From Mytilus edulis (Eukaryota): a stretch of 64,000 nt of DNA. Position numbers and translations under genes: made by a program. The stretch spans positions 83,142,001-83,206,000 of the forward strand of contig NC_092348.1 of the NCBI RefSeq assembly GCF_963676685.1, in the 5' to 3' direction. Every line of letters starts with the position of its first letter. Within the stretch, counting starts at the first letter, position 1. The notes beneath the pieces were generated by a model. That model was not told where the DNA came from. It saw only the letters and a program-made list of their open reading frames with translations, and did not search any database. Below are positions 1-13,300 of the stretch, piece after piece.

Positions 1-336
1 GGTGCTTGTGTTTAATGGTATGGTGTATAACTTAAACTAACATGCCTACATTGCTTCCATACATGAAAAGGGGGTGGGGTCTCTCAATTTTATATTCTTT
101 AACTTATTAGACATTTGTTAACTTATTAGACATTTGTATCTTTTATTTTTGGATGTTACCCATTATTCTCTATTCTTTATATTTTCGGTAGTATTGGTCC
201 ATTATTCTCTACAGTGTAGACCATATCTATGCTCTCGCATGCTAGTATACTGTAAATTTTCTTTAAACATTTATTTCATACAACCAAATTCTGGAAGGAA
301 ATATGCTTATTGAAAAATGTCATTTGTTATACACAG

Positions 337-726
337 GGGTAGAATGCTTAACAAATCTCCAGATAAGTACTGTTGGTCATGCTGTTCTTGGACCTAGTGA
401 TCTGGAATTACGATGTTCATACAATCCAGATACCGGGGATGATATATATTCCATCGACATACCCGCTGAATTGAACGGTCAGTATAGAACAATAGTCGCA
501 TTTTATCCAGAAAATAGAAGAAAAGATGGCACACTCCGAATGGACGGGAACTACCTAAATGGAAGAGTTACGATGAATAATCCCAATCAATCTTCTAATG
601 TTGCTGTACTGATATTCAATCAAACTGAATGTATAGATGAAACCATGTACAAATGTAGAGTGACTTATGACAGTAATATTGGTACGCAGATCCAAGAATC
701 AAACGCAACAGCCATATACGTGGAAG
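337..726 (+). CDS. Ig gene exon, V-like domain
   Basis: acacag|G at 336/337, G|gtacga at 726/727; within ORF 303-743. Confidence 0.85.
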
Positions 727-2820
727 GTACGAAATCAAATTGAATTCTAATGATTAAAGTTGAAACAATGTAATATAGACAGATCACGAATTATCATTCA
801 AATGATTTATGTATTTTACTTATTCTCGATAAGGAGATACTATTTTATTTTTAGGGGGGTTAGGACTGAGAGTACAGCTAAAAAAGATGCAGGACACAAT
901 TTGTCATCCGAGCACCCCTTAAAATGAAATAGTAGTTCCATTAGGAAATCCTGTATTAATTTAAGACTGCAGATACATTTAAGGTAAACAGCAATTAAAT
1001 CATAGATTCCGATTGAATGTTATACTATACTTTCTTATTTAAAGCAAGGCCAACATTCCCAGACAGTGTACCAAGCTATATACCCTCGGCTGGGATAGAA
1101 GAAGGAATGTCAGTTGTCTTCACGTGCACTGGAAATGTAGGAAAACCAATGGGTACATTTAGATGGATTGTATATAGACGTAACGCCAATGGTATTTCAA
1201 TACAAGAATCGCTGTATGACAACGTGACTACAACAGGACTTGAAATGCCAGGAACCTGCACATTTAACGGTACCAGTCAGCTCACACTTCAGGTGGAAAG
1301 TCTGGACAACAACGCAGTAGTGAGATGTCAAGTGGTTTATCAAGATGTGCCACATGGAAATTTATATAAACAAACGAACATGATAAATGTTTATTGTAAG
1401 ATTTTCCTCTTAATTTAAAATGCTGTTCTAATGGCATTATCTATTTAGTGTGACAGTGTTTGAGGAAAAATAGCAATGATCATAGTACTATACATTATAT
1501 AATACATAATTTTTTGAAATATTATGGGGGGTGGGAGTTTAGTATAGAGTCGACAAAAGTCTTAACAACCAATCAAATTGAAAGGACTAATATTTCATCT
1601 TAAACATCCAACTTGTTTGAAACACTTCAAAAATAAGAAAATCCATGATTTTCATATCTTTTATAGCAAAACTAATCTATGACAGATATTCTTTATTTAT
1701 AGTCAGGCACCGAGATAAAAGGATATAAATAACACTAGTTGTATAACATTAACTATAAGCCGACATCGTGCGTATCATTATATTCTATGTTAAACTATGT
1801 TGAGCACATGGCCTGGAATGCTGAAGTAATTCAGTGGTTGTCGTTTGTTGCTGTGTTACATATTTGTGTTTTGTTCATTTTTATTTGTACTGTGACATTA
1901 ATTAGACCGTTAGTTTTCACGTTTGAACTGTTTTCCTCCGTTTTCCTTGGTCATTTCAGGGCTTTTTATTGCCGACTATGCGTAATGGCTTTACTCATTG
2001 TTGAAGGATTTACGGTGACATCTATTTGTAAATTTCTGAGTCATTTTAGGGAATTATGACAACTTAGTTTCATTGATAATCATACCACATCTTCTTTTTT
2101 ATATTTACCCACCATCATCTCCGTAATCAGAAAACAGTTCCAACATTAAGGATGATAATCGATTGATAATGCATTGTCGGACGCGCAACAAAACAATCAA
2201 TTTCCATTGTAAACCAAACATAATTTTATTTTTTTTATTTTGACAAGATTTGAAAACCACAACTTTTGATTGGACTGATGATCAAACTGTTACCAAAAAG
2301 CGAATTGTACTGAAAATAGTCAAATTAATACCAAACAAAGAAGTAAATGATAACAAATCCTCAAAATAAGTTTATCAGCTAGTTCAATTTTTTTTGTAAG
2401 GAAAATCATCATTTGTTTTTGTCGTTTTTATTAGTCATCATAAATAAAATTATGCCAGTAGCAGTACTCTAGCTGTCAATAGGTCGCTACATACATCTAC
2501 TTCGTAATTAATTAACATTAAATTTTTATATATATTACACACAGACAGCGTGAGAAATGTTACAGTAACAAAGTCACATTTACATTACACTTTCGGCCCA
2601 GAACGAACAACTTTGACTTGTACATCAGATGGTAACCCAGCTGTTAGAAACGAAGACTATAAATGGTACAAAATGTCCCAGCAATACACAGTCATAGGAA
2701 CTGGATCCCAGCTCATTACAAATGCTACTGTTGGGGAATCAGACGTCTATATTTGTGTGGCACAAAACAGTTACAATGGGAAAACGTTTAGCTCAAATAG
2801 CTCGATACAGATTAAAATAG
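337..2820 (+). CDS. Immunoglobulin-superfamily protein (V-like, C2-like and third Ig domain), 5' exon(s) outside the window; exons 337-726, 1045-1395, 2545-2820
   Basis: Three AG/GT-bounded exons, all phase 1-1, one Ig domain each with paired Cys: LRCSY...DETMYKCRV; FTCTG..FRW..VRCQV; LTCTS..YKWYK..SDVYICVA. They join in frame. Confidence 0.85.
1045..1395 (+). CDS. Ig gene exon, C2-like domain
   Basis: aag|CA at 1044/1045, T|gtaaga at 1395/1396; within ORF 1017-1418. Confidence 0.85.
2545..2820 (+). CDS. Ig gene exon, third Ig domain
   Basis: acag|AC at 2544/2545, G|gtaaga at 2820/2821; within ORF 2550-2840. Confidence 0.85.
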
Positions 2821-2963
2821 GTAAGATATTAAACTCATAAACAACAACAAATGAGAAACTTTACAAATCAGCATGTACTAATACATTTTGTAATACAAAA
2901 CTGACGTATATTTGTTTTTGTATTTAATCATGTATCACCATGCTAGATCGTTTATGTTTTTAG

Positions 2964-2992
2964 AAAGTACAACAGATAAAGATGGCAATTAA
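2964..2992 (+). CDS. Possible short next/terminal exon of the Ig gene (ESTTDKDGN*)
   Basis: tttttag acceptor at 2963 gives the required phase-1 continuation to TAA 2990-2992; short and unverified. Confidence 0.3.
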
Positions 2993-3477
2993 AGAGTGTT
3001 GCAATGGCAGAAATACACATTGAACACAACTCTCAATTTCAATAATACTTTACTAGTACTGTCACTCAAACATAATACAAATATGAACATGTTGTAAGAT
3101 TGTCAACGAGACAACTGAACTCTCCACAAGAGACAAAATCACGTTAATATGAGCAACCATGGGACACCACGAGGCATTCAAAATGGTCAAAACCCAATTC
3201 AGTCTAATAACCTATAAAAGTTCGGGGTTTATAGCTTTTTATGAGGTACGGGTTTATTCCAATGTTGATCACCGGACGGTGACCAATAGTTGTTAACATT
3301 TTTGCCATTTAGTCTCTGGTGTAGAGTTGTCTCATCGGCAATCATTCCACACCATTCTTTAATAAATCAAAACAAAGTGTAAAAAAAATCAAACGAGAAA
3401 ATCAACGACCAAGTAATTAATTCACAAAAGAATAAACGAAAAGAAAATACAAATGCGATAAACAACGATAAACGAAG

Positions 3478-3722
3478 CAAAATTAAGATTCTAACTCCTG
3501 TCACACACTAACAAATACATGTACATAAAATACAATAAACTGACTGAACTTCAGATTCCAAATCCTGACACACACTTACAAATACATAAAATTACAATAA
3601 ACTGACTGAAATTAAGACTCCAATTCCTGACACACATCAATAAATACATAAAATTACAATAAACTGACTGAAATTCTGGCTCCAACTCCTGACACACATC
3701 AACAAATATACAAAATTACAAA
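3478..3722. repeat. Tandem repeat, about 60-bp unit x4
   Basis: Recurring unit ...ctcctgacacacatcaacaaatacataaaattacaataaactgactgaaatt... Confidence 0.85.
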
Positions 3723-4182
3723 TATACATACATTTTTAAACCAATTGGACGAATGTGCTAATTGCACATACAAATGTACTAGTATACCTATAAAAAAGAA
3801 GATGTTGGTATGATTGCCAAATGAGACAACTCTCCACAAGAGAAAAAATGACACAGACTAAATTAAAAACTATAAGTCACCGTACAGCCTTCAACAATGA
3901 GCAAAGCCCATACTGCATAGTCAACTAAAAAAGAACCCGAAATGACAACTGTAAAACAATTTATACGCGAAAACCAATTGTATTGTGACTGAATATCTTG
4001 TAACATGTTAATAATATAATAAAGACAGGTTAAAAATGAAAACGTATCCGTCAATATGTAGTAAAATTGTTATTTCCATTCATTCATTCGTTGAACTCAT
4101 AAACTCATTAATTCATGTATTCATATGTTGTGTATAATTGTGATATTGGTTAATTTGGTTCAATTGCTATATACCAAATTTA

Positions 4183-4396
4183 TACTGTCGAGTTTATTCA
4201 TTTACTTTCTCATTTCTTGAGTATCAATTTTCGTGGATTGCTGAAAATTTGCATTTTCGTGGATATTTTATTTCGTGGTTTTGCCAATCTGTGTATACAA
4301 TGCATATTGAAAATATGTTATTCGTTGATCATTTGAATTCGTGGTTCACTTGTACCCACGAAACCTTCGAAAATTGGATCCAACGAAAAATAATGA
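4183..4396 (-). mobile_element. Degenerate MITE, same family as 44780-44993
   Basis: Reverse complement similarity to 44780-44993 (cgtggattgctgaaaatttgc...cgtggatatttt). Confidence 0.6.
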
Positions 4397-6453
4397 GAAT
4401 TCAGATACGGTTGTTAACGTCTAAATGAGAGGATCCAAATGTGTAAAACAGTTACATTAGACAGAACGCGGACATGATTTTTAGAAACGAAAAGACAAGC
4501 AATAACGTACTAAACATAGAATACAGAGTAAAGGTAGATATTGTGTGTACTGGTAAGTATTATATTTTATAGATATGTAATTTATGACTCAATCAGCATC
4601 ACCAGAACAAGCATTACATATTTCATTTTCCTAATGTTGAAGTAAGACGATGTGGTAAGATTGTCAATGGCAAAGATTTTAGCGATCATAGACCAAGGCT
4701 ACGACCTCATTAGCAAAAGTCGGATAAAAAAGGCCACAACATGGTAATATGAAAAAACAATTCAAACGAAAACAGCCTAATGTATGTATAAAAAAAAAAC
4801 CACACGCCATACAGCAAACAACTACAATCACTGCATGAATTGCAGGCTCGTGACTTGGAACAGGCAAACACATAAGCCCTCCACCGTAAATTTTACGGAC
4901 GCTATTGCGAGTTGGTTGACTGTTATGGAAAATCCGTTTCACAATTGATATCAGATATGTTCCTTATGTCGTAATTAAAATCCCGTAGCGGTTCACGAAT
5001 GTGACCTATCGTTTTTGTTGGTGTTCATGTTGCTTAGTCTAGTTTTCTATGGTGTGTCTTGTGTTCAATTATTTGTTTGTTTGTCTTTTTCTTTTTTATC
5101 CATGGCATTGCCAATTTATTTTCGATCTATTAGATTGACCGTCTCTCTGGTATCGTTCGCCCTTCTTTACCTGGGACAGTGTTGATACAGCACACCGCTC
5201 GAGTCATCAGATTGACAAAAAAACACAAAATAACAATTATAGCTTGATGCATCTTATTGTTCTCTATCTTATTGTTCGCTAGCTTGAGTCTGGTCGAAAA
5301 TAAGAAAGTACAATTATAAATCATATAATAGGGTAGATTTGGGATATTATTAGAGTGCTCAATTCAGGTAAGGCTGGGATTCAGTAAAAAAAAAATGTGG
5401 AAACTAGATAAGAAATCTGAAATGTAATTAAGATTAAAAAAAAAAACAGTCGAAAAAAAGAACTGAAAATACCCCAAACACGAAATTTGTAATATCAAGG
5501 AAACAAAATTCAATTTGAAGCAATAAACCCATTTTGTCAAATAATGTGAAATACAATGGAAAATTAATACGACAAATGAGTAATCATAGTGAGTGACATC
5601 TTAAAAAATGTATAGAACATGTCAAAAATAATATGTTAACCACAACTGGCTTATGAAGAAATATTGATTATATTAAAAAGTCGAATTAGATAATTAGATA
5701 AAAAATGAAACTATGAAAATAACTAATTATCACATTTAAAAGATACTTACTTGAAGCACGTAAACATATTTTTTTTAATATCTAAAGACAATTTAAAAAT
5801 ATAACACAGAGCATATTAATATTATTAACTTGAATGTTGTATGGCAACACTATATTGTTAACAGTTGCTTATATTATTTTGTGATATTTGTTATTTTTTA
5901 TGTTTTGAATTGCTGCACCAGACCAGTATAAATATTATGTCACTTATTCCATCAACACAGCATGAACAATAAATCCTGCATTCAATATAAACATAAAGAG
6001 AGATGGTATGATTTTTTTAGTATCCTATGTCTTCGATAAATTCTTGATTCACCTTAAACTTACATCTTCAGTTATGGTCTAGAGATTGAAACTCATTTAC
6101 CGATGGTCTAAACATTTTTCTGAATCTGAGATTCAGACCCGAGACATGATGCCTACCACAGAGTTTTTAATTGATGCTTGTTAAAATTTGAATACAAAAT
6201 TTGATTGCGCATTTGCTATCCCCAAACCCCCTCAATTTACATGAGATATTGCCCTTATAAGTTAGATGATATTTTTGTACATGCATTAAATGTCAACAGT
6301 TTGCTTATTATCTTGAACACTATATTGGTAGATAAACTGGAACTGTAAACATTAGTTATAATCAATAATAGGACATGGTCTCGTCTTGAATATATATTTG
6401 ATTTGCGACTGGATATTGAACAGACGTTAACTTAATCCATTCACCTTGCAAAT

Positions 6454-7796
6454 AGACCTTTTCAACAATTGTCTACACCTACAGTTGAGCACGACTACGA
6501 CAGGTAAGATGTGAGGGGTCGTCTCAAAAATAAAAATTGAAAATAATACTATACATCACTAAGAGATTTAATGCTAGAAATTTATTTGAGTGACAATGAT
6601 AACCTTCCAAAAGAGTAAAATGACATTTTTAAATTTAGAAGGAAAAAAACAACGATCAACTAATTTTCTGTACGGTGAAAAATAGCAGAAGAAAAAACAG
6701 ATAAAAAAACCCCAAAACACAACAACAATCTCTGATCGACTAAAAAGGAATCAAATATGAAGGCGAAGCATAATTTCCACCGTGTGCGACCGTACACAGT
6801 ATCAACATTTTCAGGACTTGGTTCAGGCGAACAAAACAGGCGACGGGATTTTACTAATATAATAAGATAAAAAAAAAAAACTCCCTTATACATGGTCATA
6901 GACGAAATTTAAAAAGAATCATTAGTAAAAAAATTTAAAAGATTATAAAACCGGCAAAGATTTGTCAAGGAAAAAAGAAACAGCGAAATAATTCCTGACC
7001 CGTTGACAACAAAATAAAATACAGCAATAACAGTGTAACATATAAAACCAACGATACTTGATCAACACGAACCCCATTTAACTCTATTACTAAGCAATTC
7101 CCGCTTCTGGCAAGAAACTCAGAGGTCATTTTCGAGAACAGGGGAATGGCTCTACGATAAAATAGACAACGTTCTATAGTAACCAGTATGTTGAATTATA
7201 AATTCCATACGCACGTATGTACTGCTTAAATGTTGATACATCTCCCCTTATTCAAGAAGGAAATACACCAACTTTAACAAGGTATCTTGACCTTTTCATT
7301 CGACCTTTGAAATCAATATGTTTCTACCACTTCCCAAAATTGAATATGTACATCGGTGAAGGTTTAGATCGTTTAAAAAAGTCTCAACCGTGTTAACAAG
7401 TGTGATAACAGACTGACAGACAGTCCAGTATTAATATTGTTTCAGAAATTTTCAGAAATTTTTAGAAAAACTTTTACAGATACACATTTATTCTGGCATG
7501 CGGCATAATCATAAAGTTGCAGAGAAAGCTGATCAGGATGCGGAAAGATTACAGTAATTTTTTAATCAATTCAACGTGAAATGTCGTGTAATATATGTAA
7601 TAAAAATATTGTATGATAGAGCAATATTTTTATTTACTTTTTATATTTTTTATATCTTCTGTAGCTGTATATAACCGTCAAACCGAATTTATATATCGTA
7701 ATAATAATCAGACGTTTTTGTCTTTAAGACGACCCCTCCATTTTACCTGCAACTGTAGGTGTCATTAGTCGGTGTCGAGAGTTGTTGAAAAGGTCT
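6454..7796. mobile_element. Non-autonomous DNA transposon with about 80-bp imperfect TIRs (ISL2EU-like termini)
   Basis: aat|AGACCTTTTCAACAA...caggtaagatgtgaggggtcgtct at left; agacgacccctccattttacctg...TTGTTGAAAAGGTCT|att at right; AT on both flanks. Superfamily is inferred from the termini only. Confidence 0.7.
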
Positions 7797-8337
7797 ATTA
7801 ATAGAAAGGTGAAAAGCTTATAAACAAATTCAGCGACACGTCGACCTTGAAATAGACAGACATATTAAGTAGTACATGTAAGACAATATCTTTTCGTATT
7901 ACTCTCCTAATTTTGAAAGTTTACTGTATCTCCAAAATCAAGAAAATGACCCTGATAAACTTTGAAAAAGGCGCTGTGTGCCGCAACATTATTAACGTTT
8001 CTTTTTATTGTTCACTTTACAAACCGTCCGGTTTTCTCGCAAGTGTGACTACTTTCGGAAGAATTTCACCAAACATGTCATTTTACATATGCCTAAGCTT
8101 TTGGGTTTTAAGTATTATCATTGCCATTTGTTTTCACGTCCTTATCAAACAAATCGTTTAAAAAAGAAATTGGAATATATTCTAAAATATAAATATGATG
8201 TTTCAATAAAACATGATTTTGATCTTTATCACGAAGTCTTAGTGTCGAATTTCATTTATGAAATAAGTAATTTTGGTTAAATCATGACTTGACGTGTTTT
8301 ATTATATTGAAGTACATATTGTCTGATTTAAAAATAA

Positions 8338-8504
8338 GGGCTTCGGTGGACAAGTGGTCTATGTACTTCTTCTACTGTAATTTCTAGCCAGTCAACACTG
8401 AGGTTGTGAGTTCAAATCCTGCTCGTGCGTTTGCACTCGACTCCAATCTTAATTGACTTGTATTGTGTTTTCATATTGAAGGTCGGTGGTTTCTGACGGG
8501 CACT
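8338..8504 (+). mobile_element. tRNA-derived SINE, 5' part
   Basis: A-box-like tggacaagtgg (about 8347), B-box gttcaaatcc (8410-8419), then gtcggtggtttctgacgggcactc body. Confidence 0.65.
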
Positions 8505-9744
8505 CAATAATCAAAGAGCAGATTGCTCTGAGGGATATGATTGACATTGACACATGTAGCTGGATAATATTATTTTCAAAACTAATTCAACTGCAAATGT
8601 AAAATGTAATTTACGTAATCTGAATACGTGTAGTTACAAAAAAGCCAATGCCGGTTAAAAGTGTATGAACAATGTACTAAGGCCTATTGCGTTTTATTTT
8701 TGTACTATCAATTCCAAGTTTACTTTCCACAGCAGTCACCGAGACTCAGAGTGAGAGAAGTATTTAACTTCGTATCTTATCACCTATTTCCCTACGTTAA
8801 TTCTAGGAGGAACCCCATTCCTAACTCTTTAAATATTTAATTTCCTTTGGGTCAGTCATCATGACTCCTTTCCGTACACATTCCTCGGTTTAAATTGCGA
8901 TCGTTTTTAATATAATACGACGTTTATCGACAGAACGAGTTAATTTTTCTCAACGTGTTTGTTGTTTTGATTCAGAATTCACGGAGTGACTTCCGGAAGG
9001 GAGACAACTCGAAACGATAATATGGAAGACTCCATTTCGCCTGAAGGGGTGTTGATACTAAACCTTAACGTTTATTTTAATTTAAATGATGCATATGATT
9101 TAAAATTATGCAACAATAATAACCCTCAATAGCAGACATACATAGAAAGGATCCCATGAGTTATAAATTAATCAATCGAGTGGGGAATCCAGAGCAACCA
9201 TTTAACCTAGTACCCCTTGAAGTCAAGAAAAATATACGCATGCGCATACTTACCTAAACAAACCCTGTAGTAAGAACGTATATTAAACCTAAATGGTTCT
9301 ATATTTTTTATGAAGTTCAATATCATATATCAGTTTAATAACGCTGACATATAAGTAAAACTCCACTTCAGTTCTTATATGACAGAAATAGATTTATCGG
9401 AATTCAGAGAACTCTCGCATTTTTATCATAACTGGGGAATTCCCTCTGACGTGTTTCTAAATTTATAAAAACACCTAATATAAATACTGCTTGATTCTGA
9501 TTTTCCGTGTTGTTAAAACACGCATATATAAAGTCAAGGGAAATATTAGACATGAAGATTATGAAAAGAACATTATAGGAAAGTTGTTTAAGTTCAAACC
9601 CTTAGTTTGTTTTTACCTTTTAAACCAAGACAATCATAAGAATCTGAGATGGTCCTTAATGTTTAGAATAAAACGGTTGACGTGAGGCCATTGTCCTGAG
9701 CCACTGGTATAAGTCTACAAATTGCTTGAAAGCAATCGTATCTC

Positions 9745-9832
9745 AAAACTGTCCGCCACGAAATAGCCCGAAAGTGCCGCCTAAAAGTGGCGTTAAGCAC
9801 CAACATTCATTCATTCAATCAATCAATCAATC
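9745..9832 (+). mobile_element. SINE 3' tail ending in (attc)n(aatc)n
   Basis: aaaactgtccgccacgaaatagc...aaagtggcgttaagcaccaac followed by a microsatellite tail. Confidence 0.55.
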
Positions 9833-10210
9833 TGATTAATAAAATACCTCTGTAAATGTTTGAAAATAGCCGCAATATAGCTTTTTTGTTATGAGAATCT
9901 TATGAGGCGGCGTAGATCAAACACCAAATTGTAATCCATCTATCAATAGTTTAAATCTCACATATATATGTATATATCGTAAAACGAGGCGTTTATAATC
10001 CAATTGAAAGCAGAGTGAAAATCAAATTAAGACTCTTTCTTCTTCTTTAGGTTTTCAGTAGTCCTTCATTTCTGACGATTATATACTGTTAATACTCGTT
10101 GAATAAAAGTAAAAAAACAATTAAAAAACAAGTATCACATAATCTTCATTTCACATTAACGTTTTTCATGTGATAAATAAACTTTATGCAACGTAAGAGT
10201 TCATAGGTAG

Positions 10211-10218
10211 TATATAAA
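10211..10218 (+). promoter_or_regulatory. Candidate TATA box of the CYP gene
   Basis: TATATAAA 85 nt upstream of ATG 10296, flanked by TGATAA motifs. Confidence 0.5.
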
Positions 10219-10295
10219 TAGAATATAAGTATTGATAATATACACACTGATACATGTGATATGTATTAATTCAGGTAAATTTTAAGATATATACA

Positions 10296-10369
10296 ATGGA
10301 GTTACTCGGAGTTATCTCTGTACCAGGATGGCTGTTGACCATTTTGCTTCTGATTCTAACATTTTGCCT
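10296..10369 (+). CDS. CYP exon 1 (MELLGVISVPGWLLTILLLILTFC, membrane anchor)
   Basis: ATG 10296; CT|gtaagt. Confidence 0.85.
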
Positions 10370-13300
10370 GTAAGTCTACTTTCATTTTATATCCAACTAT
10401 AAATTAAAGTTATCTGCGATTATGTATCCGTTAAATAGGCGAGCCGTCATATTTCATTAAGGATTATGTACCCTTGTGTTGATTCAATGTTTAAGTTCAT
10501 GTGGACCCTATGGCTAAAATGGACGTATTTTCACCTCAAAATTTTCTCTGAGTACAGGAAAACCTGTGCATCTGGAAAAGTTTTAAAGCATAGCATGCCC
10601 TAGATAAATAGAATTCAAATGCATTGTATGATTTAGAAAATTTATAACTTAACTGGATTTTGCCGTACACTTTTTTCGTCTCTGTAGAAGATGATAAAAT
10701 TGTAACCGGAGGGGTTTTTACGTTGTGTATTTTCTGTGTCAACTTTAACATATTTTACCCCAGACCGTGTAAAGAGTAGGTATAGGAATCCTGAGTCTCT
10801 GATCCTCCATATTTGGCTTTGCAAAACTTAACACTAGCAAGTTTTCATAGTTTATTAGCAAATTACATAATTCAACAAATATCAACAATTTGTAAAGATA
10901 AAAACATGAAACATGAATATAAAAAGCAAGTTAAAATTCACATAAAAGTGACATAGCTTAATCTGTCATTAGTGACATAGCTTAATCTGTCATTTTAACC
11001 TTTTGTCTAGATGCATTATAATTCTAGACACAATAGCGACATTGTGTCTAGATGCTGTGAAATGCATTACACCTTTCGTGTAGACAACACCTTTCGTGTA
11101 CACAGTGAGCAAGGTCTGTGCAAGACCAGTTAGTCAGCAAAGTCTGTGCTGGACCTTACGTGTAGACAGTGACTGAGGTCTGTGCAAGACCAGTAAGCTC
11201 TTACTAAAAAGCTAAAATAAGCGGTCGTTTAATCAACCAAATGGCTTATGAAAACAAGCCCAGTACAATTATTTAAATCATCAGTTATTTAACAAATACT
11301 ATTCAAATATAAACACTCTATAACTAAATTATAAGTTGCAAATTCAACAAAATGTGAGAATAAATTCAATGAATTATAGCACCATAATGTAACTAAATAT
11401 ATAAACATGTTAAACAACAATTTTTATCAATTATAATTCATATTACCAATAGGAATTAAATGTTAATTTTACAACAGTCCATTTTAAAGGGACATAATAC
11501 TGTTCTAAAACATAGGGTCGCCGTTACAAAATTAACAAACAGTTGAGTTTACCTTGATATGGTCCACTCAGGTACACAGTTTAAATAACCAATTAATGTC
11601 AGGTATCTATTGTCCATCTAATGTCCATGTCAATTAAAAATGCTCACTTTAATTTTTGCCTGCGGGAAGTTCTCAAACCTGTTTTCCCACTTAGTTTATT
11701 TTGGCACCTGGAGGAATGAAAAAAAAAAGTGCACGGCAAAATCCTGGTAAGTTTTTATTTTTCTGAAACATAAAACATATTTAAAATTCATTTATCTAGG
11801 GCATGCTATGCATGAAAAAAAATTACAGATGCGCAGGTTTGTCTGTACTCAGAGTAAATTTTGAGGTGAAAATACGGCCATTTTAGCCATAGGGTCCACA
11901 TGAACCTTAAACATATGGAAATTTTATAGAAAATCCACAGCCTTTATCCTTGTTATCTCATATTTGGCAATTTAATGACTGATAGATATAGGATTATTGG
12001 ATGCAGTGCTAGCATTGATTTCCTTATAACAAGTTTATTAATGTGGTTATTGGTTAAAACAAACATAAAATATGGACCAAATCAAGTACACCTTTTAGGG
12101 TGCGCTCGACTTCAGTGACTCAGACTTGGTTTATTTGCCACAAAGTCCTCTTGTTCTATTAAATGCAATGAAACAGTAAATAATAATGCTTTGCATCAAG
12201 TTTCCCCTTGGTATATGTACAACATGGACTATCTCTATTATTCATTATATCTGTAGTTTTGATACAATTGAAGTTTGAAAAGTTCGTACAAAAATGGCTA
12301 CAGAAGGGGTCATAAACCTTAATAATACATTCATGACAATGTATCGCTTAGGGACTTGAGAAAAACCCACGATAAACAAAATCATGAAAAATCATCCATG
12401 ATCATTTGGAGACACCAGTGGTGTATCATTGCTTAGGGTACTGCTCTTACATGTATATTCTGCTATAAAGATGTTATTTGATATATCCAAGTCAAATTGA
12501 GGTTTATTGTCAGGTGAGTTATTGTTTTGGAGATCCACTTCAGCATGTTCAGTTATTACCAATGTTATTTCAACTGATCGGGCGGAGCTTACTTTTTATT
12601 TAGCGTAAGGACAGTCTATTTGAAGATGTGCGTGATAAGGATGATGGCCGTTATAATTATAACTGATTTCTAATCACCTGTCAGTGTCACCAAACAGATA
12701 TACAATGAACTGAGTGTATGATATAGGACGAATAACTGGACACTTTATTGATGAGTTATCCTGAAATACCTGTCTATAGATGAACTGGTCTTTAATAAGC
12801 GAACCAGTTAAACCCCGCCCAGTCATGTGAAATAAATCAAGTAATAGCAGCCATGCGTATAGTTTGTATTGTATTATGAAAATTATTGATGTTGTAATGT
12901 TTATGCCCTTTGGGGCCCATAATGGGAAATAAAATATCTTCTTCTTCTTCTTCTTCTTCTTCTTCTTCTTCTTCTTCTTCTTCTTCTTCTTCTACTTCTA
13001 TACATCAAATTTAGAATGCAAAGATATTACAGTTTGTCGGTTTTCTTAAAGTTTAAGACCTAACGACATGTTTTTTTTCTATGGGACCTTCTATTTAAAC
13101 AAAGAAATGTGAGGTATATATAGAAAAGGAGGATATGGTATGATTGCCAATGAGACAACTCNNNNNNNNNNNNNNNNNNNNNNNNNNNNNNNNNNNNNNN
13201 NNNNNNNNNNNNNNNNNNNNNNNNNNNNNNNNNNNNNNNNNNNNNNNNNNNNNNNNNNNNNNNNNNNNNNNNNNNNNNNNNNNNNNNNNNNNNNNNNNNN

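Noticed and set aside
1739-2059. Hydrophobic 106-aa ORF as the TM exon of the Ig gene
   Set aside because: It lies between Ig exons 2 and 3 and is the reverse strand of repeat family A
8338-8425. tRNA genes (also 27490 and 31741)
   Set aside because: A/B boxes are present, but there is no cloverleaf and they run into SINE bodies
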